A stretch of DNA of 64,000 nt from Octopus sinensis (lineage: Eukaryota): NCBI RefSeq assembly GCF_006345805.1, contig NC_043018.1:17050001-17114000 (forward strand), written 5' to 3'. A program made the position numbers and the translations under genes. The notes below the pieces were generated by a model that worked only from the letters and a program-made list of their open reading frames with translations, was not told where the DNA came from and ran no database searches. Positions 38,490-53,092 of this stretch are shown here, piece after piece; the first letter of the stretch is position 1; every line of letters starts with the position of its first letter.

Positions 38490-41400
38490 CATATATGTAA
38501 ATGATTATCTAGGTTAATTATTTTACTGGTAATTGAAAACTCCAAACATATACATTATAATTCTCTCTCTTTTGAGAAGATATTTCTTTTAATTGTCTGT
38601 TTTCTCCATTATAATCAATAAACAAATCTATTTTCCTGCACTTTAATTGTAGCCATTAGAAATAGATTCATTTTAAATTACTGTCTTCGAATAAATTCCG
38701 AATGTATTGACAACAAAACAAACACGAGAATTTTGAAGAAGAATAAATTGTCAGAAAAAGATTATAACGTCTAGACATTGCGGTATCTTGGTCGACTCAA
38801 GCTCAAAATAGTAGGGACAAACACTCAAATTACACAGTATGTCCTTTATAAGTGGTCGAAAATTTACACGATGCAATCCTGGTAAATCTCCACCCCCAAA
38901 CGAAAACCCTATTGGTAACGTATGAAAATAGCATCGTCATTAACTTGTCGGATATGTTTTGTTTGAATCCTCTTGGTTGGAAGCAGAAATTCCAAATCAA
39001 ATATTGTTGATATCTTCAAAAGCTAAACACCAGTTTCATAAATTTCACTAACCTTTCTTATGCTGCTTACTTTGTGTAAATCGGATATGTCCGCACTGGG
39101 TGTGATATAATTAGGAGCACTCCGTCGGTTGCGACGATGAGGGTCCCAGCTGATACGATCAACGGAACAGCTTGCTCGTGATATTAACGTGCAAGTGGCT
39201 GAGCACTCCACAGTCACGTGTACCCTTAACGTAGTTCTCGAGGAGATTCAGCGTGACACACAGAATATGACAAGGCCGGCCCTTTGAAATACAGGTACAA
39301 GAGAAACAGGAAGAAAGAGTGAGAGAAAGTTGTGGTGAAAGAGTACAGCAGGGATCACCACCACCCCCTGCCGGAGCCTCGTGGAGCTTTAGGTGTTTTC
39401 GCTCAATAAACACTCACAATGCCCGGTCTGGGGATTCGAAACCGCGAGTCCGCTGCCCTAACCACTGGGCCATTGCGCCTCCACTGTGATATAATTACCT
39501 TATTGCTAGTGTCACCTTTTGGTAATAAATATGTTGGTTGTCTTCATTTTTTGTGTATTCACAGTATTGTATTGAACAAAATCGTTATGCAGCCCGCGGC
39601 CGTCACTCCCCCAGTTATCTGGTCCACCGTGAAAATGTTTCGTGACCCCTGGTCAAAACCGATTGCATTTGGCCAAATGTTATGCCTGCATCATCTACTG
39701 ACTTATTTTGTCACGGATGCACTTCGAAACAGTGATCGACTCTGTCACCATTTTCAGTAACAGCCCTTTTGTGGATCTTCTCCACAAACACTGCAGCAGC
39801 AGCACGTAGGCGGGCGTGGAGCGCGCTATTTGGGATTATGCTTTTGCTGCGGCACCTAATTTTAGATGATATAACTGATATCTCATGAAATAAACGAAAA
39901 TTATGTGATCGTGTTAAGATGCCGGTAAGGTACGTTTCTCTTCTAATATAAATTTGATAATAGGCATTGCTTGTTCACGGTTAGAAAATATTCTCAAGTG
40001 ACATATTCCGATCATAGCATCGAGACGAAGGGATCTTTACCATTTAGCCTTTCAGGACCGTTGTATTACGAAACATTAAATCTCGAGAACAATCTCGTCA
40101 TCAGTAACGATTAAGTAGAGATTCTTATGTGATGGAAAAAGATTGGCAAACATACTTCTGCTGCATAGAAACAGCAGTAGGGGTTTCTATTGGTCACACG
40201 TATTGTTATGCTCTGTGGCCCCATTTGAAGATATGCATAGTTAGATCCTTGAGCTTAGTTCAGTGAATATTCTACGTCTAACCTGATTATACTATTTTAG
40301 ACATTCAGTTGTAAAGAATCCTCTACATCTATCAGTAGTATTATTGTTTCTGAAAACACCAACAATATATCATAGTTTTTTTTATTGTAATTTAATAGCT
40401 GCTACTGTGATGCTACTACGAGTCTTTCTGCTCTTCCCTAGCCACTGACTCTCTTACCTAGAATGCTGATTGTGATCTCCTTACTAATATCAGGTATTAT
40501 AAAACAGCTATCTGACAAGACTTGTCTCTCACTGGTTTTTATTTTTCATTTTCTTTTTATATGGGAGTGAAACTTCTTGCATTGAACTTCTATAAATTTC
40601 CAAAGAGAATTTAAAATTGTGCTGTGAATTTTGAGGTGGATTTGGTTACTAGTAATAGCTGGTGAAACAGGCTCATAAATGCTCTGTCATTGTTCAGAGT
40701 ACATATACTGATGGTTGAGCTACAGAACCATTAAAAGTCACCATCGTGATGCTTTGTAGCTTTGTTTATATCCCTTCAATCAATATATTTCGTATTCTAG
40801 ACATTTATTACAAATGCCTTTTGCTTATAAATTTGACAAAGAATAAATTGTGCTAATTTAGTATGTTTCTACTTATATATCGAACATACAGTGGTGGCTT
40901 CCTCGTACCTTATTATTGTGGAATATATATGAAGATGCTTGCTTCACAGATATTTAGAAAATACAGTGTGATGAAGACCGCCAGGAAGAAGTTGATTGCA
41001 GTTCGCTCTTCATCTTATATTCATTACTCATCGTTGAACAAGTAGACTAATGTAAAGTCCATTTAATCTGTTACGCAGTGTCTTTCTTACCCTTGCTTTC
41101 AAATGAATATACATATATCAGTTATTTGCAGGTGCTATATTTAATTACAAAAAGCAATGAGTATACAGAAAACATGTTGTCTATGATCAGTTCCTCTACA
41201 AATCTTATTGGTCTCATAATTATCTTAAAGCCATAATTTAGGATTTGGAAGAGTAAGCCAGCCCGGCACTAGTTATGTTTTTGTTTTTAATTCTGTAACG
41301 AAATATAGCATTTTATTCAAAGAATGCTAGATGTCTGTATTTTCTGATGTTTTCAGTTAATCATTTTCCTTAACTTATTTTCCCCAAACCATAATTACTC

Positions 41401-41950
41401 TATTCATAAGCAATTAAACAAGGTGACCAGTAATTATCTTCCATCCATTTTGAATGACTCTCGACATCAAAGTTCATTTATATCTGAACAGAGATATAGA
41501 CTATGGTGCAGATATCAGTGGCAGAGGAGATGGGGTCGTCCTTTAAATCACGTAAAACGGATGCTTAGATGTTGGAATTAATGACGATGACCGACAAAAC
41601 TTTAACAGAGAAATGTGTGTCATATTGGAATATTTGTGTTTTTATTTATGCATTTATATGTTTTCAATAGAATGTTATAATAATATAAGAATCGAGTGAG
41701 GTGTCTACTTCAGTTTCAAGATGTAATTAAAGAAATGTTATTACTTTCTCATTCATATCTATGAATATTGTGAAGAAAGCTGTCAAATGCAACGCAATAG
41801 TGAAGTCATATAATTGAAATAAAAGTATTTCGTTCTCTATTTGTTTTTGTGATCAATTTCTGTTTAATCAAGACAGTGGAGAAACTATATGAGAAAGTCC
41901 AAACATTTCTGAGCATCTGTATAAATACAGGCATACAGACATACACACCG
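38490..41950. repeat. old segmental duplicate, copy 1 (paralog of 45290-48300)
   Basis: Colinear blocks: 38500-38930 ~ 45296-45740; 40540-41100 ~ 46440-47415; 41400-41950 ~ 47770-48290. Confidence 0.85.
39114..39484 (-). mobile_element. tRNA-derived SINE, family C, with 13-bp TSD
   Basis: TGTGATATAATTA at 39101-39113 and 39485-39497. Confidence 0.93.
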
Positions 41951-41984
41951 ATATTTACATATATATATATATATATATATATTT

Positions 41985-42600
41985 AGCATCCCCTCTACTT
42001 TCTTAAACGAGTACCTGACTTTCGCTAAAAGCCTCTCTCTTATAACCAGGAACAAAATAGATATTATTTTAGCTAGGAAAATCATCATAGAAATTGAGGG
42101 CAGGTTATGTACAAGGTGCATAACCCACCCCTAATGATTTTGATATTGCTATGGGTTCAAGTAACTCGGCCTAGATTACTGATTTGGTTGGTGAATATCT
42201 CTTAATGTGTCTGAGTACTGAAACTGCAGGGTGGTCTTTATAGGAATGATGCTTTGTGCAAACGGTCATATAAAGACTGGGGAAAAATCAGAAAATTCTT
42301 CAAAAGCTTTAACCTAGAACTCACTTTCGAATACGGCTTTAAGGAAGCTAACTTCTTAGACACTACTTTAGATATAAACTCTGGCTTATATTATCTCTGT
42401 AGAAAACCAGGTGAAATTACTAGATGTGAGAGTAAGTGCTCTAATCATCCCCCTAATGTATTAAAATCGGTATTAAAGGGAATTTCGAGACGTATTACAC
42501 AATTATCAGCTAATAGTGATGTATTTAATTCATACACCTACTATTATAACTCAGGAGATTGTTTTTCTTGACTCGGAAATTTAGATACCTACAAGGAATT
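41985..42600 (+). pseudogene. second, older Penelope-like RT fragment (same subfamily as 29191-31074)
   Basis: SIPSTFLNEYLTFAK..IDIILARK; FDIAMGSSNSA*ITDLVG; GGLYRND; NFLDTTLDI; SNHPPNVLKSVLKGISRRITQLS. Confidence 0.85.
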
Positions 42601-43976
42601 GTAATGAAACTGGAAGGGAAAACATGAACAATAGCCCACCTAGTCGAGCAGATAGACGTACAAGGATAGCCTCTAATATTCCTATTAAATCAATATATAA
42701 GATATATAATAAGAAGAAAATAGAATTGAAGGGCGGTAAAATGTCTACAGAGTTTTGTGTGATTGAATTAGAAATGATCTCTTTTTCGAGAAAGCGAGTG
42801 AAAGAGAGAGAGAGAGAGAGAGAGAGAGTGAGAGAGAGAGAGAAAGAAAGAGAGAGATGGAAGTAGCTGGTGGATTGAAATGCCTGACATGTACCATTTA
42901 AAAAGCTTTACTACCGACATTTGCCGAATTGCTTATCCACTAAAAAGGCTTCGGTTAGTGTACAGCTTGAGAGAGCCTTCGTTTTGTGAAAGCCAGCTCC
43001 TTCATTTAGTGTGGTTTCAAAGGTTTCTTAAGGAGCAATTGAAAATAAGGATAAAATACAAGTAATTATTTTAAACATTGGTTTCATAACTTGATTCTCA
43101 CAACTAAATATAAACAAAATTCAACATATATTTTGAAAATGTGAGACACGAAAATCTATGGCTGTGGAATTGAACTATGAAACCTCAGATCTTTGCAAAA
43201 TGTGCGAGAAATTCTAAAGAAGAAATAAGTATTTTTATCGACAAGATAAACACACTAACTATAGCTAGTCGCTTTCATATGCAGACTGCATACTTAGAAA
43301 GTCGCAAGAACGTGAGTTACTCTACTCGACCGTAAATTTCTTGGCTCGGTTTTCCTTCAATACCGAATATTATAAACCAACTATAAACAGTAATAATGTA
43401 ACAATGTATTCTATTATACATAATACATTGACGGAAAGTTGAATATCTGCCCACTGCAAAGTTTAAAGAAATGTCGTGACATTATTAATATAGATTATTC
43501 ATAAATATATGAAGTTATTAGCCATAACATACTAAACACTACCTACTGGAAATCCAGGTGATATATATTTTTAATGCGATATATTTTAAGATACAACAGA
43601 AGAAAATTTCATACAAATACAAATACATGCGGAAGTACAGCATTTAACGAAATGCTCACAGAGTCTGGTATTCTATATGGGCAAGCAAATATGGGGAGTC
43701 GTGTGGGCATATAAAAACACGTATGTGCGTGCGTGTGTGTGTGTGTATCTGTGCTTGTGTGTGTGTTTACATACATATGGATGTATATAGATATATATGT
43801 TTGTCTGTCTCTGTGTCGCTTTGTCTATATATCTATGTCTATGTGTCTATGTATGCATGCATGTAAGTATGTATGTGTGTATATATGTATGTATCTGTGT
43901 ATTTATCTATCGATCTCTCAGTCTATCTATCTACCTAGTGATTATCCACCTCTCTGTCTCCCTTTACCTCTTTCTG

Positions 43977-44010
<34 letters not shown>

Positions 44011-44871
44011 ATATCTTGTTTATAGGTTGTTTATAAATTTAACCTTTTGATAGAATTTCTTTCGAAAAATGTTATCCTATATATATAGGTCTTGTCTTTA
44101 ATGTTACTGAGCTCCTAAGAACTCTCTTCGCCAGGCTAACCAGGAGGTGATGAGAGATTAGTCGCCCACGGACTGACCGCGCAACAGTTTGCATGGATCA
44201 ATGTTACCAGTAGCACTCACGAGAAACCTCATACTTCGTCCGATTGCTGAATGAATGTAGGAAATTTTTAGATTTGAATACGGATACAGGAACTGCCCTT
44301 TTTCAAATACATAACACAATTTATTTCGTTTTACTCTCCACAATATCTCGATTAACCCCTTCCCCATGCACACTCACATACACACGCACACTCACATACA
44401 CAGAGAGACGTTGGCCATTAAATCACAGTCCATCTATTTTACTCCACTCATAAGGAATTGATCCACAGATTTTTCAATAACCTGTCCAAAATGCCGTGTG
44501 ATGAGATAAAACCTGGAGCAAACATTTTCTGAAGTAAACATCCCGACCACAAAGCCGTACATCTGACTCATTTCCACAACAACATATTCACTTTATAATT
44601 CAATATTTTAGTGTCACTGATAAGACGAAAGACGATGATGTAGTAACTTATCAAAGACACATCGGAATCTGTTAAAACAAAGGGAAGCCATTCGTCTAAT
44701 CGGAGTTAATTGTTATCTTTAGAGGCGACATATTGTTTCTCATACGCTTTCTTCCATTCTGTGATTCAACTTGCCATTCGTTATACATACATACATTCAT
44801 CCATTCATATATGCCTGCATACATACATGCATTCACCTGTCCATTCATCTATACATCCATCCATACATACG

Positions 44872-45066
44872 TATATAGGGAGAGTTTACGAAAAAAACAA
44901 AAGACAAAGACAGGTGGTGTACAAAACAAACAGATGTATTAGTATAACGCTCAGGAATAGAAAAAAGTCTTTTACGTTTCGGGCCTACGCTCTTCTACAG
45001 AAAGGGACACAGAAAAAACAAGGAGAGAAAAAAATGTGTGAAGTGGCTAACGATCTATCATGGCGA
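44872..45066 (-). mobile_element. short hammerhead-bearing element, family H1
   Basis: Colinear with 13870-14080; shares the TTCCTGAGCG..ATACTAATACA motif. Confidence 0.6.
44969..45004 (-). ncRNA. minimal hammerhead motif (core variant CUGUAGA, GUA triplet)
   Basis: cttt CTGTAGA a gagc-gtag-gccc GAAA cg TA aaag. Confidence 0.5.
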
Positions 45067-45117
45067 CTGTGTATTACCCATACATACATATATACATATA
45101 TAGATACATTTATGAAC

Positions 45118-45236
<119 letters not shown>

Positions 45237-45774
45237 ATATATGTGCCTGCGGGGTGTCGGGAGATGTGGTGATTGTCTGCATATGCACGTGTGTATATAT
45301 GTAAATAATTATCTATGTCAATTATTTTATTGATAAATATATCCCCAGCTGTACTGTCATAGAAAACTCCAGATATATGACGAGATTCATTATATTTACT
45401 TCTACTTTGAGAAGATATTTCTTTCAAATGTCTGTTTTCCTCATTATAATGAATAAACAAATCTTTATTCCTGTACTTTAACTATGGTCATTAGAAATAA
45501 ATTCATTTTAAATGACTATCGCCGAATCGACGCTGAATTTATTGACAAAGAAACAAAACCGGAGAGTTTTGAAGAAATAAACAAATTGTCAGAGAAAGAT
45601 TATAACAAGGCGTTGTATTTTGGTCGAATTACGCTGAAAATAGTTGGGACAAACCCTCGAAATACATAACGTCCTTTATAATTGAGAGAAAATTTACATG
45701 ATGCACTACTAGTAAATCCCGTGCAAAACGAAAACCTTGTGGATAATCTTACTTATTTGTACTTGTGGCGACAT

Positions 45775-46112
45775 TCACCCTGGGCGGGTTGAGTCGGCTT
45801 CTTCTACTCATGGAAGAAGTTCCGTGGGAAAATGTGGATTTCACAAGCGGTCCCCAACAATCTCACATGTGGAGACATCTTGTTTGCCGCAGATTGTCCG
45901 CAGACGCAGGGACAGAACGACCGAGGAGCCGCCGGGTGCCGAAGCAGACACTCCGAGGATTTTCACCAGAGTCCCGTCTGCCGGGTTGTGGCCCTAATAC
46001 CACTCGGTGACCAATCCGCCTTGGGTGGCCCTACCAGGAACCGAAGTTCCCGACAGCATAGCACTGACACTACCCGTTGCCAGTGTCCCCACCACGGTAA
46101 GGCGGGGATTTA
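45775..46112 (-). mobile_element. RTE-clade LINE 5' UTR fragment
   Basis: GC-rich island. Minus strand GCTATG...TAGGGCCACCCAAGGCGGATTGGTC resembles the RTE/BovB 5' UTR motif (from memory). Confidence 0.5.
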
Positions 46113-46321
46113 AAATTATCACCCTCGTTAACTCGTCGGATACATTACAATGCTTTGATTGATCCGAAATTCCGTTCTTTAAGTTCAAATTCTGCTGAGA
46201 GAAATTTAAGTCTTTCTTGTAATAATTCCAATGTCATTTCAAATGAATGCGCATATCCAGGGTACTGGGTTCCCTTAATGGCAACAAAACCGGATCGCAT
46301 ATGTCACGGTGTTTGTTAATA

Positions 46322-46410
46322 CACTTTACTCTTTTACTCTTTTACTTGTTTCAGTCATTTGACTGCGGCCATGCTGGAGCACCGCCTTTGGTCGAGGAAA
46401 TCGACCCAGG
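46322..46410 (-). mobile_element. SINE family B 3' fragment
   Basis: TTTACTTGTTTCAGTCATTTGACTGCGGCCATGCTGGAGCACCGCC is nearly identical to 20835-20885. Confidence 0.8.
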
Positions 46411-46854
46411 ACTTTTTCTTTCTGGAAAAAACTCGTCCATGACTGGATATTTTAATATTTTTCGCTTTTTATGGAATTGAATCTTCTTGCGTTGAACTTA
46501 AATAAACCTAACGGATCCCTAATTTCAAAGGAGAATTTCAAATTAGTATGAGAGGGGGGTTCAGTTACTAATAATTGGTGAGGAAACTCTGTCAATGTTC
46601 TGAGTAAATCTCGTGAGTGCCTAACTGCTAAAGAAACATGCTCAATGAAAATTATCATGTGTTGCAGCCGTGTCTGTTTTTGTCTTCAAATACCATATTT
46701 CCTATTTTAGACATTTATTACAGAGGCCCTTTACTTATATATTTCGCAAAGAATAATTTGTGCTAATTTTGGTTGTTTCTCCTTTTATATCGAACAAACA
46801 CACAGTGAGTTCCTCAAATCTTATTACTGTGGAAAATATATGCAGAAAATATAT

Positions 46855-47261
46855 GGCGCAGGAGTGGCTGTGTGGTAAGTAGCTTGTTTACCAACCACAT
46901 GGTTTCGGGTTCAGTCCCACTGCGTGGTACCTTGGGCAAGTGTTCTCTACTATAGCCTCGGGCCGACCAAAGCCTTGTGAGTGGATTTGGTAGACGGAAA
47001 CTGAAAAGAAGCCCGTCGTATATATGTATATGTATATATGTATGTGTGTGTTTGTGTGTCTGTGTTTGTCCCCCTAGCATTGCTTGACAACCGATGCTGG
47101 TGTGTTTGTGTCCCCGTTACTTGGCGGTTCGGCAAAAGAGACCGATGGAATAAGTACTGGGCTTACAAAAGAATAAGTCCCGGGGTCGACTTGCTCGATT
47201 AAAGGCGGTGGTCCAGCATGGCCGCAGTCAAATGACTGAAACAAGTAAAAGAGAGAGAGAG
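46855..47261 (+). mobile_element. tRNA-derived SINE, family B
   Basis: Full copy; absent at the paralogous position ~40930 of duplicate copy 1. Confidence 0.92.
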
Positions 47262-48338
47262 ATGCTTGCTTCATAGATATTTAGAAAATACAATGTGATG
47301 AAAGATGTCAGGAAGAAGTTGACTGCTGTTCGCTCTTCATCTTATATTCGTTTCTCGTCCATTTACTCCATTACGCTCATTTAGTCCATTACGCAGTGCC
47401 CTTCTTGCCCTTGCTGAGACAAACCAAATTGAGTCCCATTTATTACATTATAAAGTGTATTGCCATTCGCATAGCATTTCTTGCCTTTGTTCTGAAACGA
47501 ATATGCAAGCATCAGTTGTTTGAAGATGCAATATTTGATTTAAAAAAAGGATTGAGAGACAAGGTAGCATTTTCCTCTAAGAGCCGTTCATATACAACTC
47601 ATATCAGTCTCTTCATTATCTAAAAGCAGTGTTGTAGGTTTTTTAAAACCAAGTCCAGCTAATGATGTTTTCTTTTTAACAAATATTTTCTCTTCAAACT
47701 ATGTCTGCACTCACAGATATTTCGAGTTAATCGCTTTCCTTAAAAATATTTTGCCTAATACTCTAATCACTATATTCATATGCAATTAAATACGGTGAAC
47801 AGCAATTAGCGTCCTTTCTTTTTCAATGACACTCGAGATCAAAATTCATTTATATCTAAACGCAGATATAGACTATGGTGCAGAAATCAATGTCATTTAA
47901 ATCACTTAAAACGGATGATTTATTTCTGGAATTGATGACGTCGACCGACAAAACAATAACAGAGAAATGTGTGTCATATTGGAATAATTGTGTTTTTATT
48001 TATGCATTTATATATGTTTTTAATATGATTTTTCAATAGTTTAGAGTGGAGTGAGGTGTCTACTTCAGTTTCGAGATATAATTAAAGAAATGTTATTACT
48101 TCCTCATTCATATCTATGAACATTGGAGAAGAAAACTGTCAAATGCAACACAATAGGCAAGTCATATAATTGAAATATAAATATTTCTTTTTTTATTTGT
48201 CTTTGCGATCAATTTTTGTTAAGCCAAGAGAGTAGGGAGGCCATATGAAGAAGTTGAAAAACATTTGTGAACCTCTGGTGTAAATACATACTCACTCACC
48301 AAAACACGCGCGTATGCACACGTACACACACAGATATA

Positions 48339-48847
48339 TACGAGGGCAAGTCAAAATTTATCAGCACTTTTGCCATAACATTTTTGTCACACTGCCTTTT
48401 GCGCATGCGTGCTTATAGTTGCTACCATCGTGGTCACGTGATCGAAGTGTGAGCCTGATCGCGCAATTTTTTTTCCAGCTTTACAATGTAAGCATGGCCG
48501 CTTCATTAACAATGTGCACCAAAGTAGGACAAAGAGCATTGGTCCGATTACTGTAGTCGGAAGGTGTCTCAGGTGCTGAAATTCATGGGAGGTTTTTAGC
48601 ACAATATGAGTACAATGCACTACCGCATAGAAGTATGTGCGGGGGGATAGAGAGGTACGAAGAGGGAGCCTGGCGTACGAAGTGAGAGCAGGACTCCCGT
48701 TAACCTCCACCACTTACGAGAAGATTCGGTAAGCTCGAAAGATGATAATGGTGAGCCGGTTCAACATTACCATCTGTAGAAGGCAGTGTGACAATAATAA
48801 ATGGATGTTATGAGGAAAAGGCACATAAAGTTTGACTTACCCTCGTA
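48339..48847 (+). mobile_element. internally deleted mariner (irritans-like), 509 bp
   Basis: TIRs TA-CGAGGGCAAGTCAAAATTT and AAAGTTTGACTTACCCTCG-TA. From ATG 48494: MAASLTMCTKVGQRALVRLL*SEGVSGAEIHGRFLAQY, the HTH N-terminus of a mariner transposase. Confidence 0.85.
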
Positions 48848-48898
48848 TTTCGCAAGTTAGTTAGATAGATTGATAGATAGATAGATAGATAGATAGGC

Positions 48899-48942
<44 letters not shown>

Positions 48943-48978
48943 TATATATAATATATATATATATAGATAGATAGATAT

Positions 48979-49022
<44 letters not shown>

Positions 49023-49059
49023 GTAGATAGATAGATAGGTAGGTAGATAGATAGATAGG

Positions 49060-49145
<86 letters not shown>

Positions 49146-49548
49146 GATAGAGACAGAAAAAAGTATATATTCAATGCACAAACTTATGATCGAATGAGGG
49201 TGACGGCTTGGCATTTGAATGGGTGCAAGCAAGAATAAAGGAGATTTTGGCGGGGTGAGGCCGCCATATCTGAACATTATTAAGCACTTTCACTTAATTT
49301 GGTAGACTCTCAATTGACTTCAAGTACACATGTATATCGAATTTTCTTCCAAATTCTAAAAGGAATTTCATTTATTTCAGCTACATATATATATATACAT
49401 ATATATATAAATTAGGGCTTCTGAGAGACACCACCATGCTGAAATAGCAGTCAAAACCCTGACCTTAAAACCACCTTAAATGTTCATATCGCGCCATGAG
49501 AGAAGACAGAAAGACAAGATAAACTAGAAAAAAAGCTTTTACTGGATA

Positions 49549-49607
49549 ATTCAAGATCCTGGATTTCTGGCTTTGCTTCAGAGAAACTCTGCCTTCTTCA
49601 GTTGAAT
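49549..49607 (-). ncRNA. type I hammerhead motif, family H2, in a ~210-bp element between (TA)n tracts (49411-49625)
   Basis: attcaa CTGAAGA a ggc..gcc a GAAA tcc-a-gga TC ttgaat: 6-bp stem I, palindromic stem III, AUC triplet. Confidence 0.6.
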
Positions 49608-49630
49608 ATACCAGATAGGCACATAAATAC

Positions 49631-49678
<48 letters not shown>

Positions 49679-49852
49679 TATTTGTTTCTATATTTAGTTA
49701 AAATACAATTTTACATTATATTAATCTGAGGTTTACTTCATCATTTTGTATTATAAATGTTCATTTTTATACAAAAATATTATTGACAATAACTCCGAAG
49801 TTACTATCAGCAATATATTGATAAAAAGAAACGTGCATACTCACACACTTAC

Positions 49853-49893
<41 letters not shown>

Positions 49894-50314
49894 GGAGAGA
49901 GAGAGAGAAGAAACACAGACAACCTATTTTAATTATAATCGTATTCTTATGAACGGAATATGAATGTAAAAAAAAACAAAAGATCTCTAAATTAATTTAG
50001 TTGCAATTATCTTCGTTAATATATAAAATTGATGAAATTGATCAATGTACTTTGATAATCAATTTTATGGATTTTGCATACAATTAGACTGAAGAACAAC
50101 CAATGATTAACTAATAACAATTGGTTGCTAATTTTAGCCCAAAATTAATATAATTGTCTTGACATTATCCACATGCGTGCGTCTCTAGAGGTATGAATAC
50201 GTGTATGTCTGTGTGTGTATTTATATATATATATATATATATATACTTATTTATATACACACAAATATATATATATATTGATATAGATATAAACACAAAT
50301 ATATATATATATAC

Positions 50315-50371
<57 letters not shown>

Positions 50372-51362
50372 TGTGTGTGCGTGTGTGTTCAGTACGGTAT
50401 ATAATACCACTTGCTAACATCAGAGCCAATGCTCCAAAAACCACCATGAATTCACGACAAAGATACGCATGAACAATGCAATGAACATATGAAAAATAGG
50501 CTTACCTTTCTTTTCTTCTCTAGACACAAGGCGCGAAAATTTGGAGGAGGCTCCTATCGCTTGGAACGACCGCAGTATTCAACTGGTACTTAATTTATCG
50601 ACCCCGAAACGATAAAGGCAAAGTGGAGAAAAATTTGTTTTAAAGAGATTGGCCTTGCAAAATTTGGGTACGGGTCGGGTGATAACGGTACGCTTATAAA
50701 TATTTTCTTAGTTAAACAATTAAACGTGATTGAGATTTTCATTAAATTAGTAGAAATTCATGCAATTCTCACTGTCTTTTAATTCCAATTAGATGTGGTC
50801 GCTTTATTTTCTGCCAGAATAGTAGCTTTAATATATATATATATATATATATTTTTTTTTTATTAGAGATAAAATATTAATGCCACAATGGAAGGTCCCT
50901 CCTTTCAATACAATCGAAAAAAGTAGTGAGAGCATGAATATTTCAACTCCTTCAACAACCCCAAATCAACCAGAGAAAGGTTTAGCACAATTCCACATGT
51001 TTCTGTGCGTTGAGATGGAGGATAGTCTACGGCATCGATTTCTGAATAAACCTGTTACCGAGCTCATGAGCCTGGTGTTCATATTATCAGAAAAGTTGGA
51101 CTCAAACTATCTTCCTTGTTTATTTAATATATACGGCTATCACGAACAGGAATAAATATTAACAATCATTTATTCAAATGCTAAAATTGATTTTTACCAT
51201 TTCCTGATTTTTTTTATTTCGTGCAGCCTTATCTCCTCAACCGTGTTTCAGTAAAGAATAATTTTCTTTATTTTAAAGAATCTCATGGGAAATATTTTTA
51301 ATGTTTATTTCAGTCCACCATCACCACCACCATTTATACAAAATCTATTCCCCCACAAGAGT

Positions 51363-51684
51363 GTGGAGGCGCAATGGCCCAGTGGTTAGGGCAGCGGGCT
51401 CGCGGTCGTAGGATCGCGGTTTCGATTCCCAGACCGGACATTGTGAGTGTTTATTGAACAAAAAACACCTAAAAGCTCCACGAGGCTCCGGCAGGGGATA
51501 GTGGTGAACCCTGCTGTACTCTTTCACCACAACTTTCTCTCACTCTTTCTTCCTCTTTCTGTTGTACCTGTATTTCAAAGGGCCAGCCTTGTCACACTCT
51601 GTGTCACGCTGAATCTCCACGAGCAAGCTGTTCCGTTGATCGTATCAGCTGGGACCCTCATCGTCGTAACCGACGGAGTGCTCC
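51363..51684 (+). mobile_element. tRNA-derived SINE, family C, internally deleted
   Basis: Lacks the ~55-nt segment GAACTACGTTAAGGG...GTTAATTTC present in the other three copies. Confidence 0.9.
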
Positions 51685-53034
51685 TATTATTATATTCCCC
51701 GAAGACTAAAATCTTGTATCTGTTTCTGTTTTTTTTGTAATCAATAAAATAATTGTATGTGATAGTTACCAACTGTTTCAACTAAGTGGATTTCTGGTAA
51801 TCCGAATATACGTTGAATAGAAGTTTAGTAATCCGTCTGTTGAAATGACCGTTGCATAACACTGCAGGTATTAGAGAGTTGCCAATTATGATGGACATAG
51901 TAGGCAGAACCACAAGCTGTTACGTTAGATTGTAAAAGGAGAAAGCAGACATAAAATAAATGAACTGGTCAACACCAATGTTTCCGCCATGGAGAATTAT
52001 TGATTAAATGTGACAGTTCGTCTCGAATGATCGATATATTTTCGGTGTTATCTTCGTTATCAACCATTGATTTTATTGACTCAATTGAGTTTAGTTTTGT
52101 TTGATATTAACTAAATAAATCCAGTTGATTGTGTTGAACAAACACCAGTGTAGTGCAAAGAGGCGAGCTCTAGATTAGTTGAGACTATAATACAGTCTCT
52201 ATTCTTAGTCGATATCACATCTATCGAGAAACGTAGTGAACACTGCATATGATATCTTATTCTCCCTTTGCTAACAAAAGAAAATGGCCGATGACGAATT
52301 TGTCGAATATCTTTTATACAATGTTTAGTGATATTCACTTAATTCACAACAAACCGGATATCACAAGAATATATTTTTCAACATAAATGCCAACAGATTA
52401 CTGGGAATCATATTATGTAGGTGTAGGCACGAACCTCATTTTTGTGTAGACAGTATAGAGATACTCAAAGAAGTGGATCTCTGTTCACGCAATGTCATGA
52501 ATACGAGAAAATCCCCCAGATAATACACGATAATGAGACGTTTTTATAAAATTACAAGCGTAAGGAACATACGTAGATATTGCAGTTCTTATTCAATGAA
52601 ATATATAAGAATGTATTACATTCTTACTACTAGAAATAGCAGCTAAATTTTCAGCAAATGACACAACACATTCTTAAACGTGCACATGACACAAAGTTGA
52701 ATGTGTTTGCTGATAACTCTGCACACAAACAAGTCGGACACCCTAGACATTAAGGTTTTGTTCTGATAAATTAAACAATAATATATCTACAATATTCAGT
52801 TTCAATATCGCCTTTAATGCTGGATCGAAGTATCATCTTTAGTGAATTTCGTTGTGACTGAAGGTAAACACTTCCTCGACCTATCTAAGGTAATTTAACA
52901 CTGATGTTTCCTTGATGAAAATATAAATATTTATATATTTACTTTTCTCTACACGAATAAAAGTAATTTTGTTTGATATACATGATTGGTCCGAAATTCC
53001 CATTTTCAGGAAAAAATAAAGACACAGAGACATG

Positions 53035-53084
<50 letters not shown>

Positions 53085-53092
<8 letters not shown>

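Larger units (their letters stand above)
45290..48300. repeat. old segmental duplicate, copy 2
   Basis: See 38490-41950. Interrupted by an RTE fragment, SINE B copies and a mariner MITE at its edge. Confidence 0.85.

Noticed and set aside
39560-39850. Possible hAT terminus (CAGGGGTCACGAAAC on the minus strand) in a GC-richer patch
   Set aside because: Only one putative TIR, no TSD and no transposase motif.
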